Of a DNA stretch of 64,000 bases, positions 18,144 to 27,595 are shown in pieces. Under the pieces are notes generated by a model, which made no database searches, had not been told where the DNA came from, and saw nothing but the letters and a program-made list of their open reading frames with translations. Made by a program: the position numbers and the translations under genes. The DNA lies in NCBI GenBank assembly GCA_965230925.1, contig OZ246403.1:202455-266454 (forward strand). Direction: 5' to 3'. The stretch's first letter is position 1, and every line of letters begins with the position of its first letter. The stretch is from an uncultured Candidatus Saccharibacteria bacterium (GTDB lineage: Bacteria > Patescibacteriota > Minisyncoccia > Phycocordibacterales > JACOZG01).

Positions 18144-18626
18144 ATGAGCGAACAGATCCCGTTTTTTGAAGACGAGACGTCGAAGCGTCAACCAGGATTC
18201 CCGACGGTAGAACGAGATACCGTAAACGTTCTTGTGTGGAATCCCGAGACTGAGGAAATGATTTGTCTCGACTGGACCAATTTTGGCTGGCGCACCCTTA
18301 TCATCGGCGGCATCGAGCCAGGAGAAAAACCGGAAGCCAGCGCGATCCGAGAAATTATTGAAGAAACCGGCTACACCGATCTCGAGCTCGTGGCTGATCT
18401 CGGCAAACTCCAATCAGCCTACTTCGCCACGCACAAGAAGGAAAATCGGATCGCGAACACGGTTGGTCTGCTCTTCAAACTCAAAAGCGAGGCCCAGCAA
18501 CCGGTGAAAAATCCCGAGAACTTGCCCCACGTCTTTAAGTGGATCAAGTGCGATGAGGTCGCCAACTTTCTCACCCTCTCATCCCAAAAACATTTGTGGG
18601 AAAAAGCGAAGCAGTGTCTCGAATAA
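18144..18626 (+). CDS. NUDIX hydrolase
   Basis: GGIEPGEKPEASAIREIIEETGY Nudix box. Confidence 0.92.
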   Translation: MSEQIPFFEDETSKRQPGFPTVERDTVNVLVWNPETEEMICLDWTNFGWRTLIIGGIEPGEKPEASAIREIIEETGYTDLELVADLGKLQSAYFATHKKENRIANTVGLLFKLKSEAQQPVKNPENLPHVFKWIKCDEVANFLTLSSQKHLWEKAKQCLE

Positions 18627-18635
18627 TCTTTTCAC

Positions 18636-18680
18636 AAAAATAGCCCGCCGGTCCTGTGTGACTCGGCGGGCTAATTTGTT
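18636..18680. terminator. Bidirectional terminator
   Basis: TAGCCCGCCG...CGGCGGGCTA flanked by A and T tracts. Confidence 0.75.
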
Positions 18681-18704
18681 TGATTGGACCTGACAGCAAG
18701 AGAC

Positions 18705-19151
18705 TCAACTGATTACAACTTCTTTCAGGTTAAGCCTCATCGCAACACCCTGATTGAAAAAGCCAAGCTTCTCATAAAACGCGACCTTGTCGGGATGACA
18801 GTCGAGTGTCACCTTGTAGCAGCCAAGGCGCCGTGCCATTTTAAGCATTTCCTCCATGAGAGCTTTACCAACACCTCGACCCTGATGTTCGCGGTGGACA
18901 GCAACATCTTCAATTTGCATTGAGAGCGATCCACCGCGGGTTAGGTGTCGAAAAGTCCCCGCAGCGATTGCTCCCACCACTTGGCCATCATAAACCGCCA
19001 CATAGAAAAACGTCGTGGTCCAGTTACTGACCTCGGCTACCAGTTCCTCCCATCGCCCATTATTAATGGGGTGACAAGGGGAAAGAGCAGACAACGTCTC
19101 AGGCAAACCGTAGGCCCAATCTTCGAGTTCCAAAGGACGAACCGTGATCAT
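18705..19151 (-). CDS. GNAT acetyltransferase, GNA1 (glucosamine-6-phosphate N-acetyltransferase)-like
   Basis: IEDVAVHREHQGRGVGK...GCYKVTLDC...FYEKLGF. Confidence 0.8.
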   Translation of the reverse strand: MITVRPLELEDWAYGLPETLSALSPCHPINNGRWEELVAEVSNWTTTFFYVAVYDGQVVGAIAAGTFRHLTRGGSLSMQIEDVAVHREHQGRGVGKALMEEMLKMARRLGCYKVTLDCHPDKVAFYEKLGFFNQGVAMRLNLKEVVIS

Positions 19152-19238
19152 GCTTTCTCCTTCCGCAAAATTACACTCCGTTCCAGACCGAATCTGAAGT
19201 TATCCTACAATTTATGAGAGAAAAGTCAACTTGGCAAC

Positions 19239-20243
19239 TTAATTACCAATCGCGTCGACGGCTTCGTTGGCCAATTCTTCAGCCTCTTCAGCGAGCTCGA
19301 TAGCGTCGTCAAAGTCGCCATCGTCGAAGGCATCCTCGGCATCTTCTAACTTATTTTCCGCATCGTTAAGCAAGTCTTCCGCCTCATCCACGTCTTTGTC
19401 ATCATCTTCAGCATCCCGAATCTCATCCTTGGCGTCATCCACTGCCTCCTCCGCATCACTTAGCGCATCGTCGGCATCATTCTCATCACCACCCAAGTCG
19501 CTAATAATATCCTCGGCGGTCTCAACAGCATCTTCAGCATGACTTCTAGACTTCACCAAGTCTTTATCGATAAAAGCGAGCATGCCGTCAAACAAGTCTT
19601 CAGCCGCGTCGGTAAGATCATCATCCGCTTCATTAAGCGTTTGCGCGTCTTCATCGTCAGCATCATCAATAGAGTCATCGGCATCTTCAACAAGATCGTG
19701 AGCCTCTTGGAGCAATTTGCGCACTGCGGCCTCTTCTTTACTCTCTTCCTTGGTTCCATTTTTCAGCGCGGCATTCTCGGCTTCAAGACGCTTAATGGTC
19801 TCGAGATACTCATTAATTTTATTCGCAATTTCTTGCGCCGCAGAAGCGGTGAACGATGGCGCCGCCGGGTCAACAGGAGTACCAGGAGTAATTACCGGGG
19901 CCATGGCACCACCAGCCTTGTAGGCCGTGCGGGACTTGGGACCAAAGTAACCACTCGCAGGCATAATTCCTTGCGAGGCTTGCCAACGAATCACCGCTTC
20001 TTCTGTGAGGCTACCAAACAGATCAGTCTCCGAACCGGGCGAGCCTACACCCGAGGATGAGATAGTAAAACCAGCGCCGTTGAGGAATTTTTGTAAACAA
20101 AGCACATCAGAACCCATCATCCCCACCTCAAGGTCCCTAATAAAATCGCAAGCTGGCGCGGTTTGAGCTTGAGCATTCAAAGTGCCAAGAACCAGGCCCG
20201 CGCTAAGCCCGAGAGTGGCAACTAAAAATTTAATGTTTTTCAT
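19239..20243 (-). CDS. Secreted peptidoglycan-binding protein with a highly acidic helical C-terminus
   Basis: Signal peptide; FIRDLEVGMMGSDVLCLQKFLN...FGSLTEEAVIRWQ...GYFGPKSR (PG_binding_1-like); D/E/A-rich repeats. Start at ATG 20243, 7 nt after TGcTATAAT. Confidence 0.8.
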   Translation of the reverse strand: MKNIKFLVATLGLSAGLVLGTLNAQAQTAPACDFIRDLEVGMMGSDVLCLQKFLNGAGFTISSSGVGSPGSETDLFGSLTEEAVIRWQASQGIMPASGYFGPKSRTAYKAGGAMAPVITPGTPVDPAAPSFTASAAQEIANKINEYLETIKRLEAENAALKNGTKEESKEEAAVRKLLQEAHDLVEDADDSIDDADDEDAQTLNEADDDLTDAAEDLFDGMLAFIDKDLVKSRSHAEDAVETAEDIISDLGGDENDADDALSDAEEAVDDAKDEIRDAEDDDKDVDEAEDLLNDAENKLEDAEDAFDDGDFDDAIELAEEAEELANEAVDAIGN

Positions 20244-20284
20244 ACCCAAAATTATAGCACGGGTAAAACTAGAGGCAAAAAACA

Positions 20285-20308
20285 AGCGTACCCAACTTTG
20301 GGTACGCT
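20285..20308 (-). terminator. Intrinsic terminator
   Basis: AGCGTACCCAA-CT-TTGGGTACGCT, with a T-tract on the minus strand. Confidence 0.7.
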
Positions 20309-20337
20309 GTAAGGGAAATGTTGTTCTCGCTCGTGGG

Positions 20338-20568
20338 CTAGGCATCAGCCGCAGCACACTCATTGGAACAATAAACCGCCTCATGATCTGGGGGAATGGG
20401 ATTATTGCAACCATCCCAGAGACACTTTCTTCCTCTTGGGTGACCGGCAGGCAACCACCCGGCCTCGGCACAAGTATCACACCGTACTCCACCGGAAAGT
20501 CCATGGCCGCCGCAATCATCACACTGCACTGCATCAGCCGGGTAATTACAATCTCTCGGTAACGGCAT
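20338..20568 (-). CDS. Small Cys-rich zinc-finger protein
   Basis: CDDCGGHG..CDTC..CLWDGC..YCSNEC; AAGGAG SD. Confidence 0.65.
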   Translation of the reverse strand: MPLPRDCNYPADAVQCDDCGGHGLSGGVRCDTCAEAGWLPAGHPRGRKCLWDGCNNPIPPDHEAVYCSNECAAADA

Positions 20569-20584
20569 CGTTTCGTCTCTCCTT

Positions 20585-20857
20585 TCAACAAGACTTGATT
20601 AACACAAAAACTCCGTTTAGCTCAAAATCCCTCTTTGGCCTTTTCGTCACCCATTTCCCGCTTGGGCCAACCCACTTAACCCTTTTCGCACCTTTTCCTC
20701 CCTGATCGTATCCGAACGACAAATGTGTGATCTTGCCGTTGCAAACACAGTGCCATTCGCCGTTCATGCTTTTGTCATGAGAAAATTCGACGATCGACAA
20801 CAGAGCGTTGCAGTGCTCGCACAAGCCAAGCGCGTCAACAAGTTCAACGTCTTGCAT
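20585..20857 (-). CDS. Small zinc-ribbon hypothetical protein
   Basis: CEHC...WHCVC; AAGGAGG SD. Confidence 0.6.
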   Translation of the reverse strand: MQDVELVDALGLCEHCNALLSIVEFSHDKSMNGEWHCVCNGKITHLSFGYDQGGKGAKRVKWVGPSGKWVTKRPKRDFELNGVFVLIKSC

Positions 20858-20912
20858 AACAAAGACCTCCTTTCAATTTCAAAACTAACAGGAATTTAAG
20901 GAAAAAGAAAGA

Positions 20913-21722
20913 CTAACGAGCGTAATGACTAATTAGAGCTTTAATCCCCGCCAAATTTTGGTCCCATTCGATGGTCTCGTGAGTTTTGAGTTCGACGGTG
21001 ATGGCGGGGATGTTGAGGGTGGCGAGCCAGTCTTCCGCCGCGCCGGTGACCGGATAAGCGTCGAAGGTCTCCACCGCGCCGTAGCCAGCCGCCGTGGCAT
21101 AAGCATTCATAATCGCCTTGGTTTCGGGCAAAAGATTCCCGCCACATTGCGAGGCATACACCGTGTCGGCCTGACTATGCCAAAAGACCACCGCTTGAGG
21201 CTTGGTGGCTAAAACGAAGTCGCGCAAAGCCCGCGCTTCCGGCTCGGAGAAAGCCGTCTCACCAGCGCTCACCTTCTCGCCGCGCCAAGTGGCCTCTGGT
21301 TGCCACTCGCAGTCGAAGTTGCGATTGAGATCAACCTTATTGGCATTGAAGCGCGCCGCGGCATCCTGCCCCAGCGCGAAGCCGTCCGGGTTAGCATTTG
21401 GAATAACTACAATGGTGAGATTCGCAGGAATAAAACTCGGATTTGCCTTGAGGTAACTAATAAATTGCTGAGCCAGCCCCACGCTATTCCACTCATAACC
21501 GCCGTGGATACCGCCGACAAAAGCGAGCGTGGTGGTGCCTTTGCCAAAGGTATAACTCCCAATAGGACGACCTTGAACAGAAGTGCCGATGGTATTAATT
21601 TGCGGATCTGGCTTTACGATTGGCGCTGGTGGAGGTAAAACAGGTTCAGGCTTTGGCTTCAGCACCAACCACGCTCCCACAACAATGGCAGCAATTAGAA
21701 CAACAATCGCAACAATCTTCAT
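20913..21722 (-). CDS. M14 zinc carboxypeptidase (MpaA-like), TM-anchored
   Basis: GGIHGGYE, NPDG, RFNANKVDLNRNF, FSEPE, WHS, ITVEL. Confidence 0.88.
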   Translation of the reverse strand: MKIVAIVVLIAAIVVGAWLVLKPKPEPVLPPPAPIVKPDPQINTIGTSVQGRPIGSYTFGKGTTTLAFVGGIHGGYEWNSVGLAQQFISYLKANPSFIPANLTIVVIPNANPDGFALGQDAAARFNANKVDLNRNFDCEWQPEATWRGEKVSAGETAFSEPEARALRDFVLATKPQAVVFWHSQADTVYASQCGGNLLPETKAIMNAYATAAGYGAVETFDAYPVTGAAEDWLATLNIPAITVELKTHETIEWDQNLAGIKALISHYAR

Positions 21723-21725
21723 CCC

Positions 21726-22637
21726 TTATTGAGTAGTCGCTGATAGAGTTTTTAAGATCGCATCCACACCCTTCTGATTCTTGGTCCACTCGGTGTCGGT
21801 GTGATTGGTGAGGAGCACGCTAATTGCCGGAATATTCATCTTGGCAAACCAGTTCACCATGTCGCCAGTAATTTCGTAAAAGTTAAATTCTTTATAAGCC
21901 GGGTAACCTGAAGCCTTGGCGTACTCATTGGTAAGAACTGTGGTTTGAGCCGGCACGCCATTGTGACAATTGGAAGCGAAGACACCACCCGCCGCGCTGT
22001 AGTAGACCACCACGGCCGCAGGCTTACTGGTCTCCACATAATTCTTCATCGCCACGCTCTCGGGCTCGGAGAAGGCCGCCGTTCCGCCGCTCACCGTCTT
22101 GTTTTGCCACTTACCTTCCGCTTGCCAATCGCAATCGAAGTTGCGGTTGAGGTCAACATTTTTCGCATTAAATCGCCCGGGCACCGTCGCATCAGTTCCC
22201 GTCGGCACTTGATCCTTAGTAAATTTATCCGTCGTACCCACAATCTTAAAAAGACCGTCGGGGTTCATCACCGGGACCACCGAGACCTTAAGCCCCGCCG
22301 GCACCGCGGTCGGATTGGCCATCAAGTAATCCATCAGTTCATAGGCTACAGCGCTCGTATTCCACTCATAACCGCCATGAATTCCGCCCACGAAGAGCAC
22401 TTCCTTCGTCCCCTCGCCGTAATGATAGGCCACAATATCGCGACCCTCCACCGACTGCCCCAGCACCGTCTTGGTCTTATCTACCACGGGCGCCGGCACT
22501 TGACCAATAGGCACCGGCTCCACTGGCGTGGGCTCTACGGGTACCGGCTCTGGCTCAACCGCGGGCCCTTTTAACAAAAAGTATCCGCCAACAATAACCA
22601 ACAAAATTACAATAATGGGAATAATAATATTTTTCAT
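21726..22637 (-). CDS. M14 carboxypeptidase paralog, TM-anchored
   Basis: GGIHGGYE, NPDG, RFNAKNVDLNRNF, FSEPE; has YYS and ISVLL where the paralog has WHS and ITVEL. Confidence 0.85.
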   Translation of the reverse strand: MKNIIIPIIVILLVIVGGYFLLKGPAVEPEPVPVEPTPVEPVPIGQVPAPVVDKTKTVLGQSVEGRDIVAYHYGEGTKEVLFVGGIHGGYEWNTSAVAYELMDYLMANPTAVPAGLKVSVVPVMNPDGLFKIVGTTDKFTKDQVPTGTDATVPGRFNAKNVDLNRNFDCDWQAEGKWQNKTVSGGTAAFSEPESVAMKNYVETSKPAAVVVYYSAAGGVFASNCHNGVPAQTTVLTNEYAKASGYPAYKEFNFYEITGDMVNWFAKMNIPAISVLLTNHTDTEWTKNQKGVDAILKTLSATTQ

Positions 22638-22732
22638 ACCCCTATCCTACCACAATCAAGTTTGAGGGCAAAAAGAAAGAGCGCCGATCCAAAGATCGCG
22701 CCCGTTGTGTCAACACTCGGTGTTGGCATGCC

Positions 22733-23209
22733 CTATTCCTCAATATAGATTTCATGCCGCTCGCGTAGCAATTTCTCCATTCGTTCGGCATCACATCCAC
22801 ACTCCAACGTGTAGATAGTGTTGAGGTCAATCCCTTCCACGATCGTGGCGACCGAGCCTAAACACCAGGTTCGAAAAACTCGTTTTGCTTCATCCATCGT
22901 TCCCATCCGCGTGGGATAGCAAACGAATGGCACATTGGTTTTTCTCGACCGATGAATGTGGAGTTTGTGTTGACGAAAAAACTCCTCGCCCGGTTGTGCA
23001 ATTTCGATTTCGTGATGAGGAGGGTCAGGAATAACCAACCCCCACTTTTTGTAGAACTCCTCGGGCTCTAGGTGGAAACTTTCCAAATCTTTCGCCTCAC
23101 GAATAAGTGCAACAAACTGATGTTGACCGTTTTTGGACTCAACCATCAGTATAACCTTCAAAAAACCTAGCATCATCTTCCCTTTCCAAAGATCCGATAT
23201 ATCTGCCAA
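22733..23209 (-). CDS. Hypothetical protein
   Basis: About 150-aa ORF filling the gap; start uncertain. Confidence 0.55.
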   Translation of the reverse strand: MADISDLWKGKMMLGFLKVILMVESKNGQHQFVALIREAKDLESFHLEPEEFYKKWGLVIPDPPHHEIEIAQPGEEFFRQHKLHIHRSRKTNVPFVCYPTRMGTMDEAKRVFRTWCLGSVATIVEGIDLNTIYTLECGCDAERMEKLLRERHEIYIEE

Positions 23210-23301
23210 TCTCTCAGAACGCCGAAATCAAACTAACACATTTTTATTTACTTAGCAATATACACTCCAGCAAGGTCAGCCCTTGCCGTGACACAATTTG
23301 G

Positions 23302-23493
23302 TTAATGCGGCCTTCGCGGTACTACGAGCGCTGCCACAAAGTAGCCGATGAGAAGCGGTATGACGGCAGTGGCAAACATGAGGAAAATGAAAAAGAGACG
23401 GATGATTACCGGATCCACGTTAAAATATTCCCCCACCCCGCCGAGAATCCCCAGCACCACTTTATTTTCTTCGCTACGATAAAGTCGTTTCAT
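23302..23493 (-). CDS. PspC domain protein
   Basis: MKRLYRSEENKVVLGILGGVGEYFNVDPVIIRL. Confidence 0.9.
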   Translation of the reverse strand: MKRLYRSEENKVVLGILGGVGEYFNVDPVIIRLFFIFLMFATAVIPLLIGYFVAALVVPRRPH

Positions 23494-23514
23494 CCCGCCA
23501 TCCTAGCACACACT

Positions 23515-23826
23515 TTACCCTCTCATCAAAACTAGGAAAACGACAAACAATAGAACCACAAGCCAGAGGAGGGTGTAGCCGAAAAAGCGCAGGGCTTCGG
23601 CGCGGCGGCCATCGTGGTAGAGAAGGATTGGCCGACCGAGGACCAAGGTGGCGGTGATGGTGGCGGAAACAACGAAGAGGAGGATCATAAAAAGCGGGGC
23701 CAAAAAGGTGTCCGGTTTATCGGGATTAAAAATTTTCTCGATATTAGACATAAACAATGACACACCAGTCACGTACGCCGCGGTCAAGATCGCATGCCCT
23801 AAGGGGTGCCAAATATCATTTTTCAT
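23515..23826 (-). CDS. 3-TM hypothetical membrane protein
   Basis: Hydrophobic ORF translationally coupled to the upstream gene. Confidence 0.7.
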   Translation of the reverse strand: MKNDIWHPLGHAILTAAYVTGVSLFMSNIEKIFNPDKPDTFLAPLFMILLFVVSATITATLVLGRPILLYHDGRRAEALRFFGYTLLWLVVLLFVVFLVLMRG

Positions 23827-24410
23827 TACTTTTTTATAACACGCCGCGGCCGAATAATGAAACCAGTCATCAGGGTATTGGTCACGATCATGGCAAGGGA
23901 GTGGATGGTGGTAGCGATATTATAAGTCTGAAGCGAGAAGAGAGTGAGAACATGGCGAGCCACATTCATTTCATACAAGAGCGGCTTCTCGGTCTCTGGA
24001 TGCGCCCAAGTTTTGCGGAGCGTGGGAATGAAAGCCACCAGATCAATGAGCACCACGATGATGACGGAAATCGTGGGGTCCTTGGTTAAGGCCCAGGGTA
24101 TGAGACCGAGAAGACAGACGGCGAGAAAATAATTATCAATCTTGCGGATATGACCAGCCTTGCCTTTGAAAAGAGATTTGAGAGAAAAGAGAAAGATAAT
24201 GATGGTGAACCCCTCTGCCACGCCGGTGGGAAGAGCGCCAATCCCTGCACCTTTTACCAATCCCCCAATGAAGGTGGTGAGCGAAACTATGGACCAAACC
24301 AACCAAGTATAAGGATGCGGCTCTACCCGACCCTTGAGAATATCCTTGAGATAAGAAATATTACCAACAAAAGCAAGCACCGCCGCAATAATGGCCAGAG
24401 ATTCTTTCAC
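23826..24410 (-). CDS. Multi-TM membrane protein (PQ-loop-like)
   Basis: YLKDILKGRVEPHPYTWLVWS...FIPTLRKTWAHPETE. Confidence 0.7.
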   Translation of the reverse strand: MKESLAIIAAVLAFVGNISYLKDILKGRVEPHPYTWLVWSIVSLTTFIGGLVKGAGIGALPTGVAEGFTIIIFLFSLKSLFKGKAGHIRKIDNYFLAVCLLGLIPWALTKDPTISVIIVVLIDLVAFIPTLRKTWAHPETEKPLLYEMNVARHVLTLFSLQTYNIATTIHSLAMIVTNTLMTGFIIRPRRVIKK

Positions 24411-25517
24411 TTATTTCTTGGCCCACACACTCACGCCGTTTGGTTCCTTACCCACTTTTATTTTCTGCACCTCAACATCAGTGGCCGTATCAATGACCGA
24501 CACATCACCACTTAAGAGATTGGTAATATAAACGCGAGCGCCATCGGGAGATACCACCACGCCATGCGGTGCCGCACCCGCCTTAATATTCTTCACCACC
24601 GCGAGTTTTTCTAAATCAATTTTATACACCCACTCACTCGGTGGCTGATTGAAGTAATAGCCCTGATCGGCAAGATAAACAAACTTTGAGTCTGGCGTAG
24701 GATACATTTGAATTGGCCCCTTGGCTTCGCTTGGCAAAGCAATTTTGTTTACCCGCTTAGTGGCCACATTATAAACCGCGAGTTGCTTGGTGTCATAGAG
24801 AGAAGCCACTACTGTTTTACCGTCTGGCGTCACTCCCGTTTGCACCGCCGCACCACCAAGTGGCAACGTAGAGAGCTTGTTTGTTTGCAGATCAAAGATT
24901 CCTAAAGAGTTACCCTTTAGCATAGCGACATACGCCGTTAAGCCGTCGGATGAGAGGCGCAGGCCGTGAGGTTCTTGCGCCAGAGCCATAACTTTCTGCT
25001 CTACCTCATACGTTTGAGTATTAATTTTATAAATCGCTCCTTCAATTTGCGCTGTCACCATGGCATAAGCACTATCGGGCGTGAGCGACACATGCGCCAA
25101 GTGGAGGCCAGTGCCAAGAGGCAATCTTTTCTTAATCTGATCAGTCTTTGGATCAATGATAATCACCTCGTCCGCATCGCTGCCAACCTTCTCTTCACCA
25201 TGAGCCAGCGCCTGAGGCAAAAGCCGGCTTGAATGACCTTGATGCGTTCCAGCATTGGCCGTGACCCACACCGTCTGCATATCCGGGCTCACCTGCACAT
25301 TGTGTGGTGCGTACGGCAAGCGACCACCATCGTGCTCCACCGCAAGATCAATGGTCGAAACAATTTTATTCGTAGCTAGATCAATTGCCACAATCTTGCT
25401 CTCGCCTTCCACCGCCACATACACCTTCTCATTTGGTTGCGATTTCAATTGACGATAACCAAAACCGGCCAGCAAAATGACCACAAGAATTAGAACAAAA
25501 ACAGAAAGTCGCTTCAT
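24411..25517 (-). CDS. YncE/YVTN beta-propeller protein
   Basis: Repeats PHNVQVSPD, PHGLRLSSDG, PHGVVVSPDGARVYITN; N-terminal anchor. Confidence 0.85.
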   Translation of the reverse strand: MKRLSVFVLILVVILLAGFGYRQLKSQPNEKVYVAVEGESKIVAIDLATNKIVSTIDLAVEHDGGRLPYAPHNVQVSPDMQTVWVTANAGTHQGHSSRLLPQALAHGEEKVGSDADEVIIIDPKTDQIKKRLPLGTGLHLAHVSLTPDSAYAMVTAQIEGAIYKINTQTYEVEQKVMALAQEPHGLRLSSDGLTAYVAMLKGNSLGIFDLQTNKLSTLPLGGAAVQTGVTPDGKTVVASLYDTKQLAVYNVATKRVNKIALPSEAKGPIQMYPTPDSKFVYLADQGYYFNQPPSEWVYKIDLEKLAVVKNIKAGAAPHGVVVSPDGARVYITNLLSGDVSVIDTATDVEVQKIKVGKEPNGVSVWAKK

Positions 25518-25552
25518 TTTGTTTATCTTAGACTAATAATCTTTTTAGTTTA

Positions 25553-27571
25553 TCACAGAGTCCGCCGGCGCAAGAGTAGAGCGTTGAAGGCCACAATCAC
25601 TGTACTAACAGACATCAACACCGCCGCAAAAGCTGGCTCTAAAAGTATCCCTTTCCAAGCCAACGCTCCGGCCGCAAGCGGCATAGCAAAGATATTATAC
25701 CCTGCTGCCCACCAGAGATTCTGAATCATCTTTGAATATGTCATCTGGGACAAATTGATTATTTTTACAATATCTCGTGGATCATTTCTGACCAAGATAA
25801 TACCGGCCGACTCAATCGCCACATTTGTTCCAGCGCCAATAGCGATACCGAGATCGGCCTGGGTTAGCGCCGGCGCATCATTGATGCCATCACCCACAAA
25901 GGCCACTAATTTACCGTTCGCTTGTAAAAGTTTAACTTTTTCAGCTTTCTCCCCGGGAATCACTCGCGCAAAATATTGGTCGATACCAAGATCTGTAGAA
26001 ACTTTTTTAGCCACGTCTTCGGCGTCTCCCGTAATCATCGCCACCGTAACGCCCATATTTTTGAGAGCGGTCACCGCTTCGCGCGATTCGAGGCGCACCG
26101 TATCAGCCACAACAATCGTTCCAACAACCTTTCCCTCAACCTCCACAACAATATCCAAACCGTCTCGATGACCAACAAAAACTTGCTTACCAAGAACTTC
26201 GGCCTCCACCCCGCGGCCCGGCAGACGCTTAAAGTTCTTAGCTTCGGACAGCGTCAGATTTCTCTTTCTCGCTTCATCTACAACCGCTTTAGCAATTGGA
26301 TGCTCGGAGTGAGCCTCAACAGTGGCGGCAAAAATAAGTGCCTCGTCAGAATTTACCGAAACCACAGAGAATTTTCCTTCGGTGAGTGTACCCGTCTTAT
26401 CAAAAAGTACCGTGTCGATCTTTCTCGCCGCTTCAAGAGCCAGTCTTTGTTTTACCAAAAAGCCGTTCTGCGCCGCTTTAGTGGTAGAAATTGAGGCGAC
26501 AAGAGGCACGGCAAGACCGAGCGCGTGCGGACAAGCAATCACGAGCACCGCCACCAAGCGCGCGACAGCGAAACTGACTTCTGCTCCGGCAAAAAGCCAA
26601 GCAATAAAAGTAATGATGCCTCCGGAAACTGCAACGATAGTTAAATAAAGCGCGGCTTTATCAGAGAGAATCTGGAGACGTGATTTGGAAGCTTGTGCTT
26701 CAGCCACCAAACGCATTACTCCCGCTAGAAACGTTTTTTCTCCGATATTGGCCACCCGAACTTTCAACACCCCGTCACCGTTAATCGCCCCAGCAATGAC
26801 CTGATCCCCCAACTTTTTAGCCACTGGTCTCGATTCACCGGTCATCATTGACTCATTGACCTCGGAATCTCCTTCGATAATTGTGCCGTCAGCTGGAATT
26901 TTTGTTCCCGGTTTAACCAGCACGACATCCTTCTCTTTCAGTTCGGCGAGGGCGATAATCTTCGTCTCACCATCACGAATAACTTCGGCGGTATCGGGAA
27001 GGAGCTTAGAAAGCTCTTTTAGTGCTCCCTGGGCGCCGGAAACTGCACGCATTTCAATCCAATGGCCCAGAAGCATAATGGTAATTAGCGATGATAGCTC
27101 GAATAAGAGGTCGTGCTCCGCGCCAAATAAGATTGAGAACACACTATAGAGATAAGCGGCAATAATGGCGACGGAGATAAGTGTCATCATCCCGGGAAGT
27201 CGGGCCTTAAGTTCTCGAAAAGCGCTCGTTAAGAAAATCCAACCGCCGTAGAAAAAAACAATGCTTCCTAAGACCAAAAACAAATATTGCGACCCCGAAA
27301 ATTTAGGCGCTTGTACACCAAAAAGCATCGCGGCCATTTCCGAATACCAGAAAATGGGAACGCTCAATACCAGCGCCACCCAAAACTTGGCTAGGAATGA
27401 CGGCGTTTTATGACCAGCGTGTTTGTCGTGATCTTCATGACCCATTGCCCCTTTCTTCTTTTTTTCTGATACCAGATTCATGCCACATTCGGGACACATC
27501 CCCGGCCGATTCTGCTGAATCTCTGGATGCATGGGGCAGGTGTATATCTTTACTTCATTGTGGTTAGACAT
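25553..27571 (-). CDS. copB: Heavy-metal P1B-type ATPase, CopB-like (CPH motif)
   Basis: YTCPMHP metal-binding domain, TGES, ACPHALGL, DKTGTLT, HP, GDGIND, YN, MSVS. Confidence 0.88.
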   Translation of the reverse strand: MSNHNEVKIYTCPMHPEIQQNRPGMCPECGMNLVSEKKKKGAMGHEDHDKHAGHKTPSFLAKFWVALVLSVPIFWYSEMAAMLFGVQAPKFSGSQYLFLVLGSIVFFYGGWIFLTSAFRELKARLPGMMTLISVAIIAAYLYSVFSILFGAEHDLLFELSSLITIMLLGHWIEMRAVSGAQGALKELSKLLPDTAEVIRDGETKIIALAELKEKDVVLVKPGTKIPADGTIIEGDSEVNESMMTGESRPVAKKLGDQVIAGAINGDGVLKVRVANIGEKTFLAGVMRLVAEAQASKSRLQILSDKAALYLTIVAVSGGIITFIAWLFAGAEVSFAVARLVAVLVIACPHALGLAVPLVASISTTKAAQNGFLVKQRLALEAARKIDTVLFDKTGTLTEGKFSVVSVNSDEALIFAATVEAHSEHPIAKAVVDEARKRNLTLSEAKNFKRLPGRGVEAEVLGKQVFVGHRDGLDIVVEVEGKVVGTIVVADTVRLESREAVTALKNMGVTVAMITGDAEDVAKKVSTDLGIDQYFARVIPGEKAEKVKLLQANGKLVAFVGDGINDAPALTQADLGIAIGAGTNVAIESAGIILVRNDPRDIVKIINLSQMTYSKMIQNLWWAAGYNIFAMPLAAGALAWKGILLEPAFAAVLMSVSTVIVAFNALLLRRRTL

Positions 27572-27595
27572 ATTACAGTTTTCCTTTTTATAATT

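Noticed and set aside
20244-20591. N-terminal extension of the 450-aa ORF 19239-20591
   Set aside because: It crosses a terminator and the Cys-rich gene; a signal peptide and a -10 element mark the real start at 20243.
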